64,000 nucleotides of DNA. It comes from Octopus sinensis. Taxonomy: Eukaryota. Numbering within the stretch: the stretch's first letter is position 1; every line of letters begins with the position of its first letter. Below are positions 1 to 10,772 of this stretch, piece by piece. The stretch covers positions 17,174,001 to 17,238,000 of the forward strand of contig NC_043021.1 of the NCBI RefSeq assembly GCF_006345805.1, read 5' to 3'. The position numbers and the translations under genes are program-made. Under the pieces are notes generated by a model, which was given only the letters and a program-made list of their open reading frames with translations, did not search any database and was not told where the DNA came from.

Positions 1-400
1 CTCCGAGTAGATGCAGCATCTTCTCCCAGAACCTCATTTGCACAAGCTATCATAGCAAGCTCGACAAGTTTCTCACCTTAAATCTGAGGTGCTGCAACCT
101 TGACAATAATTTCAGAGACCAAATAACTTGGTTTGAGTGTCTTTGCTTGTTCAGTATTCATCTTCTTTACAAAGTCGTATTTTCTTTTTATTCTCAAAAT
201 ATTCCCTACCTTTACCAACAGACGATGGATGCCTTAATTTCTGGTGCTGCTCCAGCTTAACTTTCTTCGTGGAATGATTTGTCGTGATGGCATCACATTC
301 AAGACACATAGGTTTTGAGTCTACAGATACAAAACCAAACATGATAAAATCTTCTTTGTAGTTCTTCAGTTTTGCCTTTTTTAGCAGTTGGTTCAGACAT
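1..400 (-). pseudogene. Decayed hAT-superfamily (Buster/Charlie-like) transposase, N-terminal part, runs off left edge
   Basis: Minus-strand translation with frameshifts/stops: MSEPTAKK/AKLKNYKEDFIMFGF..KPMCLECDAITTNHSTKKVKLEQHQKLRH..GREYF (BED-type C2H2 finger), then SYLVSEIIVKVAAPQI*GEKLVELAMIACANEVLGEDAA, matching the Buster/ZBED5-type pattern YxxxFxxFGF..PxCxxC..MKPSKLxxH..H and SYxVAxxIAKxxxPHTIGExL..VLGExAA. Confidence 0.85.
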
Positions 401-653
401 TATTACAACTGATCTTTAAAAAAATAAAAATAATAAATACTTTATTTCTATAGATCAAAAATATCAAATTTATTATGAAACTGTTGTGATTGTAAAATTT
501 TAATTTATGTAATTCTTGATTGTAATATATTATTGATTATATAATATACATTATTGATTCTTATGGAATAATTATAGAATTTTGTTTTCTTATTATTATT
601 CTGTCTTCATATAAATCATTATTAACTAACAGCGTCTTTATTATTGATCAGTA

Positions 654-1043
654 TTACTCTTTTACTTGTTTCAGTCATTTGACTGTGGCCATGCTGGAGC
701 ACCGCCTTTAGTCGAGCAAATCGACCCCAGGACTTATTCTCTATAAGCCCAGTACTTATTCTATTGGTCTCTTTTGCCGAACCGCTAAGTTACGGGGACG
801 TAAACACACCAGCATCGGTTGTCAAGCAATGCTAGAGGGACAAACACAGACACACAAACATATACATACACATACATATATATACGACAGGCTTCTTTCA
901 GTTTCCATCTACCAAATCCACTCACAAGGCATTGGTCGGCCCGAGGCTATAGCAGAAGATACTTGCCCAAGATGCCACGCAGTGGGACTGAACCCAGAAC
1001 CATGTGGTTGATAGGCAAGCTACTTACCACACAGCCACTCCTG
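654..1043 (-). mobile_element. SINE family 1 (tRNA head + CORE-like segment, ~390 bp), representative copy
   Basis: Reverse complement begins GGAGTGGCTGTGTGG (A box) ... GGTTCAGTCC (B box), contains a GGCA-CTTGGGCAAGT CORE-like motif and an internal (TA/TG)n tract, ends GAAACAAGTAAAAGAG. Over 25 copies/fragments in the window (e.g. 1178-1930 split, 2405-2790, 3395-4140, 9270-9602, 9895-10478, 26782-27060, 34852-35268, 45495-45815, 51450-52240, 52990-53360, 53590-53865, 56875-57265). Confidence 0.9.
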
Positions 1044-1094
1044 TGCCTATTATGTAAATCTGAAATGGTTTCAATTTTTTTTATGGCTACAAAT

Positions 1095-1139
1095 TCTCTG
1101 GGGACCACCGGTGGGCCCTAGGGACCACGGGAATCACTG
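1095..1139 (-). mobile_element. Probable hAT terminal inverted repeat, possibly the 5' end of the element at 1-400
   Basis: ...GGGAATCACTG reads CAGTGATTC on minus, a Charlie-type terminus; it lies upstream of the transposase start with a SINE inserted between. Confidence 0.4.
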
Positions 1140-1401
1140 AGTTACATCAATCCCAGTGTTCAACTGGAACTCTCTTTACTCTTTTACTTGTTTCAGTTAT
1201 TTGACTGTGGCCATGCTGCAGCACCGCCTTTTAGTCGAGCAAATCGACCCCAGGACTTATTCTTTGCAAGCCTAGTACTTAGTCTCTTTTACAGAACCAC
1301 TAAATTACAGGGATGTAAACACACCATCATCAGTTGTCAAACGATGTTGGGGTACAAACATAGACACACAAACATATACACACACACATTCATACATATC
1401 A

Positions 1402-1740
1402 TCATCATCATTTAACGTCCGCTTTCCATGCTAGCATGGGTTGGACGGTTCGACTGGGGTCTGGGAAGCCAGGAGGCTGCTCCAGGCCCAGTCTGATCTG
1501 GCAGTGTTTCTACAGCTGGATGCCCTTCCTAACGCCAACCACTCTGTGAGTGTAGTGGGTGCTTTTTACGTGCCACCAGCACAGGTGCCTGGCGAGGCTG
1601 GCAACGGCCACGATTGGTTGGTGCTTTTTACGTGCCACTGGCACGGAGGCCAGTTGGGGCGGTGCTGGCAACAGCCACGTTCGGATGGTTCTTTTATGTG
1701 CCACCGGCACTGGTATCACAACTACAATTTCCATTGATTT
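1402..1740 (-). mobile_element. RTE-type 3' tail element (short retroposon or LINE 3' end) inserted into a SINE1 copy
   Basis: Minus strand contains GTTGGCGTTAGGAAGGGCATCCAGCTGTAGAAAC and ends CCCATGCTAGCATGGAAAGCGGACGTTAAATGATGATG. Related pieces at ~7500-7652, 22580-22680, 29455-29535, 31745-31830, 36560-36790, 38035-38215, 45120-45345, 59470-59615. The RTE assignment is from memory of tail motifs. Confidence 0.65.
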
Positions 1741-3589
1741 TTGAGCGATTTATACATATATATATATATTCAATGGGCTTCTTTCAGTTTCTGTCTACCA
1801 TATCCACTCACAAGGCTTTGGTCAGCCCGAGGCTATAGTAGAAGACACTTGCCCAAGGTACCACACAGTGGCACTGAACCCCGAACCATGTGGTTGCTAT
1901 GCAAGCTACTTACCACACAGCCACTCCTACTTATTTTGTCGATTCTGAAAGGATGAAAGGCAATGTCGATCTTGGCGACATTTGAGCTAAGAACGTAAAA
2001 TCAGAAGAAATGCCGCTAAGCATTTTGTCCGGCAACGCTTCTGCCAACTTGCTGCCTTCATCCTACACATTATTGATGTCTGTTGATTGTCAATTATTAA
2101 GGAATGTCTATTTTTTTTATCTCACTTACACTAATTCCTTTCAATTTGTTGTTTGTCATTATATGTACATAAAACGAAAGAACACCTTCTTCTGTCGTTT
2201 CTTCCAGTTTTCTCGTTTTTCTTTTTTCGTTTGAACCCTGGTTTCTTTTTTTTCATTTTTTTTCCGCATCCTGAAATATATTTTACGCGATGCTCTGCCG
2301 AGTTTTATCGCAACGATATTGATTTTTTCTTCTAAAACATAAGATCAATTATTGAACGAGATTATATAACTACAAGTATTTCGCAGGTACTAAATATCAA
2401 CAATCACAGGTGGATTTGTGGTACGAAATTTGCTTCCCAACAACACGGTTCCGGGTTCAGTCCCACTGCGTAGCCCCTCGGGCAAGTGTCTTCTGCTTTA
2501 ACCTAGAGCCGACCAAAGCCTTGTGAGTGGATTTGATGGACGGAAACTGAAAGAAGACCATTGTATATATAAATTAATAAATATAAATATGTGTGTGTCT
2601 GTAATTGTCCCCCACAACCAGTGTTGGTGTGTTTACGTCACCGTAACTTAGCACTTCAAGAAAAGAGACCTATAGAAGAAGTACCAGATTTAAAAATAAA
2701 TAGGTACCTAGGTCGCTTCGTTCGGCTAAAATTCCTCAAGGCGGTGCCTCAGCATGGCCGTATTCTAATGGTTGAAACGAATAAAAGATAAAGATAAGAA
2801 AAAATGAACTGAAAAAAATGATAATCACACGACAAACTTTTAATAAAACGACTGAAATATATTTTTTTGTTTTATTTAAGACACTGAATAAAACGTAAAT
2901 TGTTTGTCACATATAAAAGCCACGACATAAACTCATTAATTTATCCGCTAATTAGTATTAGCAGCTAATAATATACGGGGTACGGCAGAAAAAGATCTTT
3001 CAGATTCTCATTCTTGATAAATGTTTTAAGGGAAAACAAATTATATATATCACAGAAACGTATTTTCATCTATTAAAAATAAAATGGTAAACCATTAGCA
3101 ACAAGAGAACGACATTATTACCTGCCTAACACCTCTAATGTCAAAGCAATCGTCGTGCAAAATATGGGAGGTCTTTCTGCCTCGCTCCGTATTTGTTTTA
3201 TTAGTGTAGCCATGATTTTGAATGTGAGTTTTTGGGGCACACACATACAATGTCATTATTGTATAAATTACGCACGAAAGTCTTAATTTGTTAGTTAATG
3301 AGCGACTTTGTTTAATTAACATAGCAACTATTTTTTTGTTTGTTTTTAATTAAATGTGTCATTTTGTTTGTTTGTTTGTTTGTTTGAAGTTATGAGACTG
3401 CGGCTTACTCTGGGGGTACCCAGCCTTGTAGCGTTTAGTCGAAGAAATCGACCCCTGGTCTTATTGGATTTTTTTTTTTCCTTTTCTTAAAGTTTGGTAT
3501 TTATTTTATGTTCTTTGATGCCGAACCGCTAGGTTCGAGGATGTAAACAAACCGTCACCGGTTGTCAAGTGGCGGCGGAGACAAACACA

Positions 3590-4035
3590 TACACACACAC
3601 GTACGTACAAAAATATGTACATATATTCATACATATGTACATACATACGTACGTACATATACATACGTCTGTACGTACGTACATACGTACATACATATAC
3701 ATACATACGTACATACATACATATGTACGTACGTACATACATACATATGTACGTACATACATAGTACACACATACATACGTACATACATACATACGTACA
3801 TACATACGTACATACATACATACGTACATACATATATACATACATAATACATACATACATACATATGTACGTACATACATAGTACATACATACGTACGTA
3901 CATACATACATACATATGTACGTACATACATAGTACGTACATACATACATACATACATACATACATACATACATACATACATACGTACGTACGTACGTAC
4001 ATACATACATACATACATATGTACGTACGTACATA
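3590..4035. repeat. Compound (CATA/CGTA)n microsatellite expanded inside a SINE1
   Basis: Direct reading; it generates the YVCM/HTYI pseudo-ORFs; SINE1 sequence resumes on both sides. Confidence 0.95.
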
Positions 4036-4549
4036 CGATAGGCTGTCACGTCACAAGGTTTTGGTCGGCACACGGCTTATAGTAGAAAACACACTTGCCC
4101 AAGGTGCCACGCAGCAAACCTCTAACCACACAGCCAACTTGCACCCAAGGCAGTGGTATATATAGACAGATGTAAACACCGTATCTGTTACACACAATAT
4201 TTTAGTGGCCAGAAATAGCAAGGTCAGCTGAACTAGTTTCGGCCCAGTGTTGGAACTTCATAAATAACCGGACAACCCTCTAGCGAAGAAAACTGCTTAT
4301 AACAAACCATCGTTGCCGAGAGCCGAAGTAAACTAGAGAGATCAATTTGCATATATCACACACTATTGACAACAAGCTGCATCGATAAATTACTGTTGCG
4401 TTAACTATGTTTTATTCCGATGTTATTCTATTGTGCTGCAGTATATGTGTGTATCTATAGATTTTTTTAAACCAACGCTGTGTGTAGGCGACACATGCAA
4501 GCATCTACCTTGTTTTTTCCTGGCCAAAACAATGAATTTTTTTTTCTGT

Positions 4550-4584
<35 letters not shown>

Positions 4585-4687
4585 CGGAGTAAACACATAA
4601 ATGTGAAACAAGGTGGAAAAAAGAGTACTCAAATACCAGTGGTAGAGTAATATGCTTTATTTTAAGCAGCAGAAAATTCAACAAAAT

Positions 4688-4725
4688 CTGTTACTCTGAG
4701 TTTCTCGTTGCCGTTCATCAGACAG
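4688..4725 (-). ncRNA. Minimal type I hammerhead ribozyme-like motif (family D)
   Basis: Minus strand: CTGT CTGATGA A CG-GCAA-CG A GAA ACTC-A-GAGT A ACAG; stem I CTGT/ACAG perfect; canonical core and GUA triplet; stem II minimal and imperfect. Confidence 0.7.
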
Positions 4726-4732
4726 TTTTTGC

Positions 4733-4770
4733 TTGTCTGATGAACGGCAACGAGAAACTCAGAGTAACAG
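4733..4770 (+). ncRNA. Minimal type I hammerhead ribozyme-like motif (family D)
   Basis: TTGT CTGATGA(4737-4743) A CG-GCAA-CG A GAAAC(4754-4758) TCAGA GTA(4764-4766) ACAG; stem I TTGT/ACAG with one G-U pair. Confidence 0.7.
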
Positions 4771-4931
4771 ATTTTGTTGATTTTCTGCTGCTTAAAATAA
4801 AGCATATTACTCTACCACTGGTATTTGAGTACTCTTTTTTCCACCTTGTTTCACATTTATGTGTTTACTCCGGTCTAACCCGCTCCTTGTAAAAGTTTGA
4901 GCGACTCTGCACAAGTAGGAAGAACAAACAG

Positions 4932-4964
<33 letters not shown>

Positions 4965-5056
4965 GGAGTAAACACATAAATGTGAAACAAGGTGGAAAAA
5001 AAGAGTACTCAAATACCAGTGGTAGAGTAATATGCTTTATTTAAAGCAATATATAT

Positions 5057-6647
5057 ATATCTTTTACTCGTTTACTTGTTTCAGTCATTTGACTGCGGCC
5101 GTGCTGGAGTACCGTCCTTAGTCGACCAAATCGACCCCAGGACTTATTCTTTGTAAGCCCGGTACTTATTCTATCGGTCTCTTTTGCCGAATCGCTAAGT
5201 GACGGAGACGTAAACACACCAGCATCGGTTGTCAAGCAATGCTAGAGGGACAAACACAGACACACAAACACATACATACACATACATATATATATACATA
5301 TATACGACAGGCTTCTTTCAGTTTCCGTCTACCAAATCCACTCACAAGGCATTGGTCGGCCCGGGGCTATAGCAGAAGACAATTGCCCAAGATGCCACGC
5401 AGTGGGACTGAACCCGGAACCATGTGGTTGGTTAGCAAGCTACTTACCACACAGCCACTCCTGCGCCTATATATATATCTTTTACTCTTTTACTTGTTTC
5501 AGTCATTTGACTGTGGCCATGCTGGAGTACCGCCTTTAGTCGAGCAAATCGACCCCGGGACTTATTCTTTGTAAGCCTAGTACTTATTCTATCGGTCTCT
5601 TTGGCCGAACCGCCAAGTTACGGAGACGTAAACACACCAGCATCGGTTGTTAAGCGACATTGGAGGGACAAACACAGATACACAAACATACACACACACA
5701 TATACATATATACGACGGGGCTTCTTTCAGTTTCCGTCTACCAAATTCACTCACAAGGCTTTGGTCGGCCCGGGGCTATAGCAGAAGACAATTGCCCAAG
5801 ATGCCACGCAGTGGGACTGAACCCGGAACCATGTGGTTGGTTAGCAAGCTACTTACCACACAGCCACTCCTGCGCCTATATATATATCTTTTACTCTTTT
5901 ACTTGTTTCAGTCATTTGACTGTGGCCGTGCTGGAGTACCGCCTTTAGTCGAGCAAATCGACCCCGGGACTTATTCTTTGTAAGCCTAGTACTTATTCTA
6001 TCGGTCTCTTTTGCCGAACCGCCAAGTTACGGAGACGTAAACACACCAGCATCGGTTGTTAAGCGATATTGGAGGGACAAACACAGACACACAAACACAC
6101 ACACAAATATATACATATATACGACAAGCTTCTTTCAGTTTCCGTCTACCAAATCCACTCACAAGGCTTATATCTTTTACTCTTTTACTTGTTTCAGTCA
6201 TTCGACTGTGGCCGTGCTGGAGTACCGCCTTTAGTCGAGCAAATCGACCCCGGGACTTATTCTTGTAAGCCTAGTACTTATTCTATCGGTCTCTTTTGCC
6301 GAACCGCCAAGTTACGGAGACGTAAACACACCAGCATCGGTTGTTAAGCGATATTGGAGGGACAACACAGACACACAAACACACACACAAATATATACAT
6401 ATATACGACAAGCTTCTTTCAGTTTCCGTCTACCAAATCCACTCACAAGGCTTATATCTTTTACTCTTTTACTTGTTTCAGTCATTCGACTGTGGCCGTG
6501 CTCGAGTACCGCCTTTAGTCGAGCAAATCGACCCCGGAACTTATTCTTTGTAAGCCTAGTACTTATTCTATCGGTCTCTTTTGCCGAACCGCCAAGTTAC
6601 GGAGACGTAAACACACCAGCATCGGTTGTTAAGCGATATTGGAGGGA

Positions 6648-6691
<44 letters not shown>

Positions 6692-6860
6692 TATATACGA
6701 CGGGGCTTCTTTCAGTTTCCGTCTACCAAATCCACTCACAAGGCTTTGGTCGGCCCGAGGCTATAGTAGAAGACACTTGCCCAAAGTGCCACGCAGTGGG
6801 ACTGAACCCGGAACGATGTGGTTGGTAAGCAAGCTACTTACCACACAGCCACTCCTACGC
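5057..6860 (-). repeat. Five head-to-tail SINE1 copies (two identically truncated)
   Basis: Units start ~5057, 5480, 5888, 6170, 6455; units 3 and 4 both break at CACTCACAAGGCT|TATATCTTTTAC. Confidence 0.9.
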
Positions 6861-6893
6861 CTATATATATATACACACACACACATTGTAAAT

Positions 6894-7117
6894 ATAGGTG
6901 GATGTTTTGAAAAGTTCCTGGCTTTAGGGGTGTCGCGAAAAGCCTGGCTGGAGGCTCAACCTACCAAGTTCTTTTACAGGGCTTGGCTAAAACTGAAAGA
7001 CTACTGCAATAAGTGGGTGAATCTGAGAGGGGAATATGTTGAATAAAATCATAATTTAACAGATCCTATTGTATTTTCTTTTACCCAAAACCAGGAACTT
7101 TTAAGCACTCCCTCGTA
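6894..7117 (+). mobile_element. Mariner-derived MITE (~220 bp)
   Basis: TIRs ..TGAAAAGTTCCTGGCTTT / ACCAGGAACTTTTAAGCACTCCCTCGTA; retains a mariner transposase C-terminus (..NLRGEYVE*). Second copy, opposite orientation, at 50529-50747. Confidence 0.8.
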
Positions 7118-7148
7118 TGTATGTACACACACACACACACACACACAC

Positions 7149-7426
7149 ATTATCCGCAGTGTACAATATCATATATCGATCATGGCTGATCTTACCCATC
7201 GGTTTGCCGCTAGGGGTACAACGGAGTGTTAGGTAACAATCCAAGTATATGACCCCCACGTTCATCAGAGGTAGCACTGACCACATTTCATTCTATGTCG
7301 GCTACCTCTGATGAGCGTAAGGTTATATAATCGGATTGTTACTTAACATTCTGTTGTACCCCTCGCGCGAAACCGATTCGTAAGATCAGTTGTGATGGAT
7401 ACATAATACTATACACTTCGGATAAT
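7149..7426. repeat. Diverged inverted repeat carrying two hammerhead-like motifs (family E)
   Basis: 7149-7275 pairs imperfectly with 7301-7426. Plus arm: CTGATGA 7308-7314, stem II GCGT..GCGC around a ~45-nt insert, GAAAC 7369-7373, GTA 7380-7382. Minus arm: TCATCAG 7262-7268, stem III ACC-GATG-GGT, GUA, but GAAA damaged. Confidence 0.75.
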
Positions 7427-7666
7427 ATATACCCACTCTATTGACAGATATACGAGTGTATCTTTTTCCTGACTTATGGACTTTTAAACGACTTACGTAT
7501 ATCATCACCATCGTTTAACGTCCGTTTTCCATGCTAGCATGGGTTGGACGGGTTTGACTGAGGGCTGGCAACCAGATGGCTGCACTAGGCTCCAGTCTTG
7601 ATCTGGCAGAGTTTCTACAGCTGGATGCCCTTCCTAACGCCAACCACTCTGAGAGTATATATATAT

Positions 7667-7864
7667 AAAGTTAATCCAAACAAGAAAGCACAAAAAAAGA
7701 AACTCAACGCGAGGACGTGGAACAAATATAGTATTATTGGACGCTCAGGAAGGAAGGAGAGTCTAACGTTTCGAGCGGAGCTCTTCGTCGGAAACATAGG
7801 AGAAGGAAAGATCCAGAGAAGGGAAGACAGAGGGAAAAAATCGCCAACGGTACACACGCGGTCT
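7667..7864 (-). mobile_element. Short (TA)n-associated element with hammerhead-like motif (family A)
   Basis: Minus: GTTT CCGACGA A GAGC-TCC-GCTC GAAAC GTT AGAC (7795-7761); same family at 33207-33412(+), 33821-33991(-), 39546-39780(+). Confidence 0.75.
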
Positions 7865-8171
7865 CGATTTGTAGAACGACCGTATGAAAGGAGATGGTGA
7901 CGAATGAATGTCTCCTTTTAAACACCGCATGGTCGCCTTACAATATGAGCCGAAATATATACGTGCCAAAAAGAATAAGGAAGAAGACGACACAACCGAT
8001 ATGCTTAAGAGAAAGGTTTATTCAGTGTGTTGACATGTGGGTAGCAGAGTGTCTGTGTGCTTGTGTGCGTTATATGTACACACATAATAAAGAACAATAA
8101 GAAGACAATAGACAGACCGTCATTCATACAATAATGTGTATGTACAACAAAGGTGTATGCGTGTGAGATGT

Positions 8172-8549
8172 GGAGGCGCAATGGCCCAGTGGTTAGGGCA
8201 GCGGACTCGCGGTCATAGGATCGCGGTTTCGATTCCCAGACCGGGCGTTGTGAGTGTTTATTGAGCGAAAACACCTAAAAGCTCAACGAGGCTCCGACAG
8301 GGGATGGTGGTGATCCCTGCTGTACTCTTTCACCACAACTTTCTCTCACTCTTACTTCCTTTTTCTGTTGTACCTGTATTTCAAAGGGCCGGCCTTGTCA
8401 CTCTCTGTGTCACGCTGAATATCCCCGAGAACTACGTTAAGGGTACACGTGTCTGTGGAGTGCTCAGCTACTTACACGTTAATTTCACGAGCTGGATGTT
8501 CCGTTGATTCGGATCATCCGGAACCCTCGTCGTCGTAACCGACGGAGTG
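8172..8549 (+). mobile_element. SINE family 3 (tRNA-Arg-like head)
   Basis: TGGCCCAGTGG A box, GACTCGCGG anticodon-like loop (TCG), GTTTCGATTCC B box; near-identical copy at 34341-34703, minus-strand fragment ~47335-47470. Similarity to octopus OR-type SINEs is inference. Confidence 0.85.
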
Positions 8550-8671
8550 CTTCTAATGCGTGTGAGATAAAATACAGAGCATAGAAATGAGTCTCTCGTG
8601 ACGCTAGGAGTAGAACACACAAGATGTGGATAAATACCAGTCCGTAGTAAGAAACGCAATAGTAATGGTTC

Positions 8672-9233
8672 TGTAACAATGAGGTTGAGGCAAAAGTGGA
8701 GAGCCGGTTATTACGCGTGTAGAGGTTGTGGCTACTATCCTGTGCCGGGTTACTTGGTACAGAAAGATCTCGCAGGTAGACTTGGCTGTTAACCTTGGTG
8801 AGTATTCACAAACAGCGTTGAGTTAAACCTAGACGAATTGCGTGAAGGCGACGGCGGAGAAAGGTCCTGAAATGCTGGTGTTGGTGTCGCGGTCGCTGGA
8901 ACATGGCTGAGTCGCTCTGTGGTCAGAGGTTAGTCCTAAGAAGGACTAGAACCAAAGACAAGTAATGGTTTGTAGTGACTAGCTTTTAAAGAGTTTAATG
9001 GGCTCCAGAAGAGAACCTAGAAGACTGTGTCACGGGACCTTATCAGAAGGTTGCGATTGGCTGGTTTACACATTGGCGCGAAATAAAGCAAGAGTTGAAA
9101 CTGCACCAAAACCAACCAATCAGAGCAGCGGACACAGGTGGGCCTAAGCAGCCGAAGGCCGGCTGTTATACGCCACGTCCGCATTTGTATTATATCTCTC
9201 AGAGAGGGATAATGTATTTCACTAAGCGATACA
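8672..9233 (-). mobile_element. Probable solo LTR (562 bp)
   Basis: Termini TGTAAC...GATACA (5/6 inverted match), flanks GGTTC (8667-8671) / GGTTT (9234-9238) as a 5-bp TSD with one mismatch; GC/CpG-richer than background; CCAAT boxes followed by TTTAAAAG on minus. Confidence 0.5.
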
Positions 9234-10044
9234 GGTTTATCTAAACTTTCAAAATTTTATTTGTTTTTGTCATTAGACAGCAACCATGCTTGGACATCGC
9301 CTTGAAGGGTTTGACCGAACAATTAGCTCCCATTATTTATATTTTTCCAAGTCTGACATTCCTTTTATCGGTGTCTCATGTCGATGCGCTCCGGGGACGC
9401 CAGCTAATACAGGTAATCGGTTGGTGGCGCTGGCGAAAACTCCATACACTGAGTTTTCGTCCACCAAATCCACTCACAGAGAATTGGTTGGACCAGGACT
9501 ATAGTAGAAGGCTCATGGCCAAGGTATCGCGCTGTGGAAAGGAACGCGAAACCATCTGCTTGCAAAACTAGCTTCTTTCACCACACAGCTACGACTGCGC
9601 TTGGAAAAAAATCACCCGGAAAATTAAAAATGACGAGTAAAATTGATAACCATAAAGTGAATCCTGTTAAGAATAAATTCTTGTATTGCTAAACCAAGAC
9701 GGAAGGTAGAACCCATGACTTCTTAAAGAGCTTCCACGACTATGAGTTGAAGGGAGAGAGGTATCCATAAATCTGTTAAGTGACTCGAATGTTTATAACC
9801 GAGGGGGCTGCCCGAAAGACACTTAAGGACCGGGTGGTGTGGTTAAACAGGACGATGATGTATTAATTTTAATAGGGCAAGAATAAATTAAACAGGCTAT
9901 GTGGTAAGAGGTTTATTTCCCCACCGCATGGTTCCGGGTTCAATCCCACTGCATGGCACCTTGAGCAAATGTCTTCTATTATAGCCTCAGGTTGACCAAA
10001 GGTTTGCACAAGGATTTCGTAGACGGAAACTCAATGGCAGCCCC

Positions 10045-10219
10045 TTGCACTGCACTGCCAGGCCAACCCGTGGCAAAGGCGGAGCAAGCCCCTAACTCTT
10101 CGCCTCGTTCTAAAAATCAATTTAACATGGATGGTCCCTTAATAGGGACCGTATCAGATATTAAGCTGATAAAACCAAATACTACACTTTGATCTTAGCC
10201 AGAAGTCCGAAAAAAGTAT
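10045..10219 (-). pseudogene. U2 snRNA-derived copy, near full length, inserted into a SINE1
   Basis: Minus: TCGGACTTCTGGCTAAGATCAAAGTGTAGTATTTGGTTTTATCAGCTTAATATCTGATACGGTCCCTATTAAGGGACCA..GATTTTTAG..GGGGCTTGCTCCGCCTTTGCCACGGGTTGGCCTGG. Branch-point pairing GUAGUA, stem IIb and an Sm-like site are recognisable; flanks are SINE body, not a snRNA promoter/3' box. Confidence 0.9.
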
Positions 10220-10772
10220 GTATGCATGTGTGTGTGCATTCGCGTGTGTATGTGTGTGTGTGTGTCTTTGTGTATGTGCTTGTCCCTCCTCCACCGACCA
10301 CTTGACAGCCGGTGTTAGTTTGCTTACATCCCCGTAATTTAGCGGCTCTGCAAAAAAGAGACCGATAGAATATGTAACAAGTTTTAAAAAAATATTGGGG
10401 TCAATTCATTCGACTATACCCCTTCAAGTTGGTGCCCCAGCATGGCCGCAGTCCAGTGACTGAAAGAAGTGAAAGATAAAATATAAATCGTAAAAATTAC
10501 AATATGTTATTCTCTTACTGGTTTCAGTCATTAGACTGCGGCCATGCTGGGGCACTGCATTGAGGAATTTTTTAGTCAATTGAATCGACCCCAGTACTTA
10601 TTTTTAAAGCCTGGTACGTATTCTGTCGGACTCTGTTACCCAACTGCTAAGTTACAGGAACATAAACACGCCAACACCGGTTGTCAAACAGTGGTGAGGG
10701 GACATAAACACAAAGACACACACGATGGGCTTCTTTCAGTTTCCGTCTATCAAATCCACTTTGGTCGGCCCG

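Larger units (their letters stand above)
4580..4877. repeat. Near-perfect inverted repeat (145/144-bp arms, 9-nt spacer) of a hammerhead-bearing element (family D)
   Basis: Arm 4580-4724 is the reverse complement of 4734-4877 except for one indel; spacer GTTTTTGCT; third partial copy at 4962-5048. Confidence 0.95.

Noticed and set aside
3506-4073. Overlapping 90-170 aa ORFs
   Set aside because: (CATA/CGTA)n microsatellite inside a SINE.
819-7046. Recurrent ORFs such as RQASFSFRLPNPLTRLWSARGYSRRHLPK
   Set aside because: Antisense reading of SINE1; they recur wherever the SINE does.
8172-8250. tRNA-Arg gene
   Set aside because: No closed acceptor stem; continues into a SINE body that is repeated at 34341.
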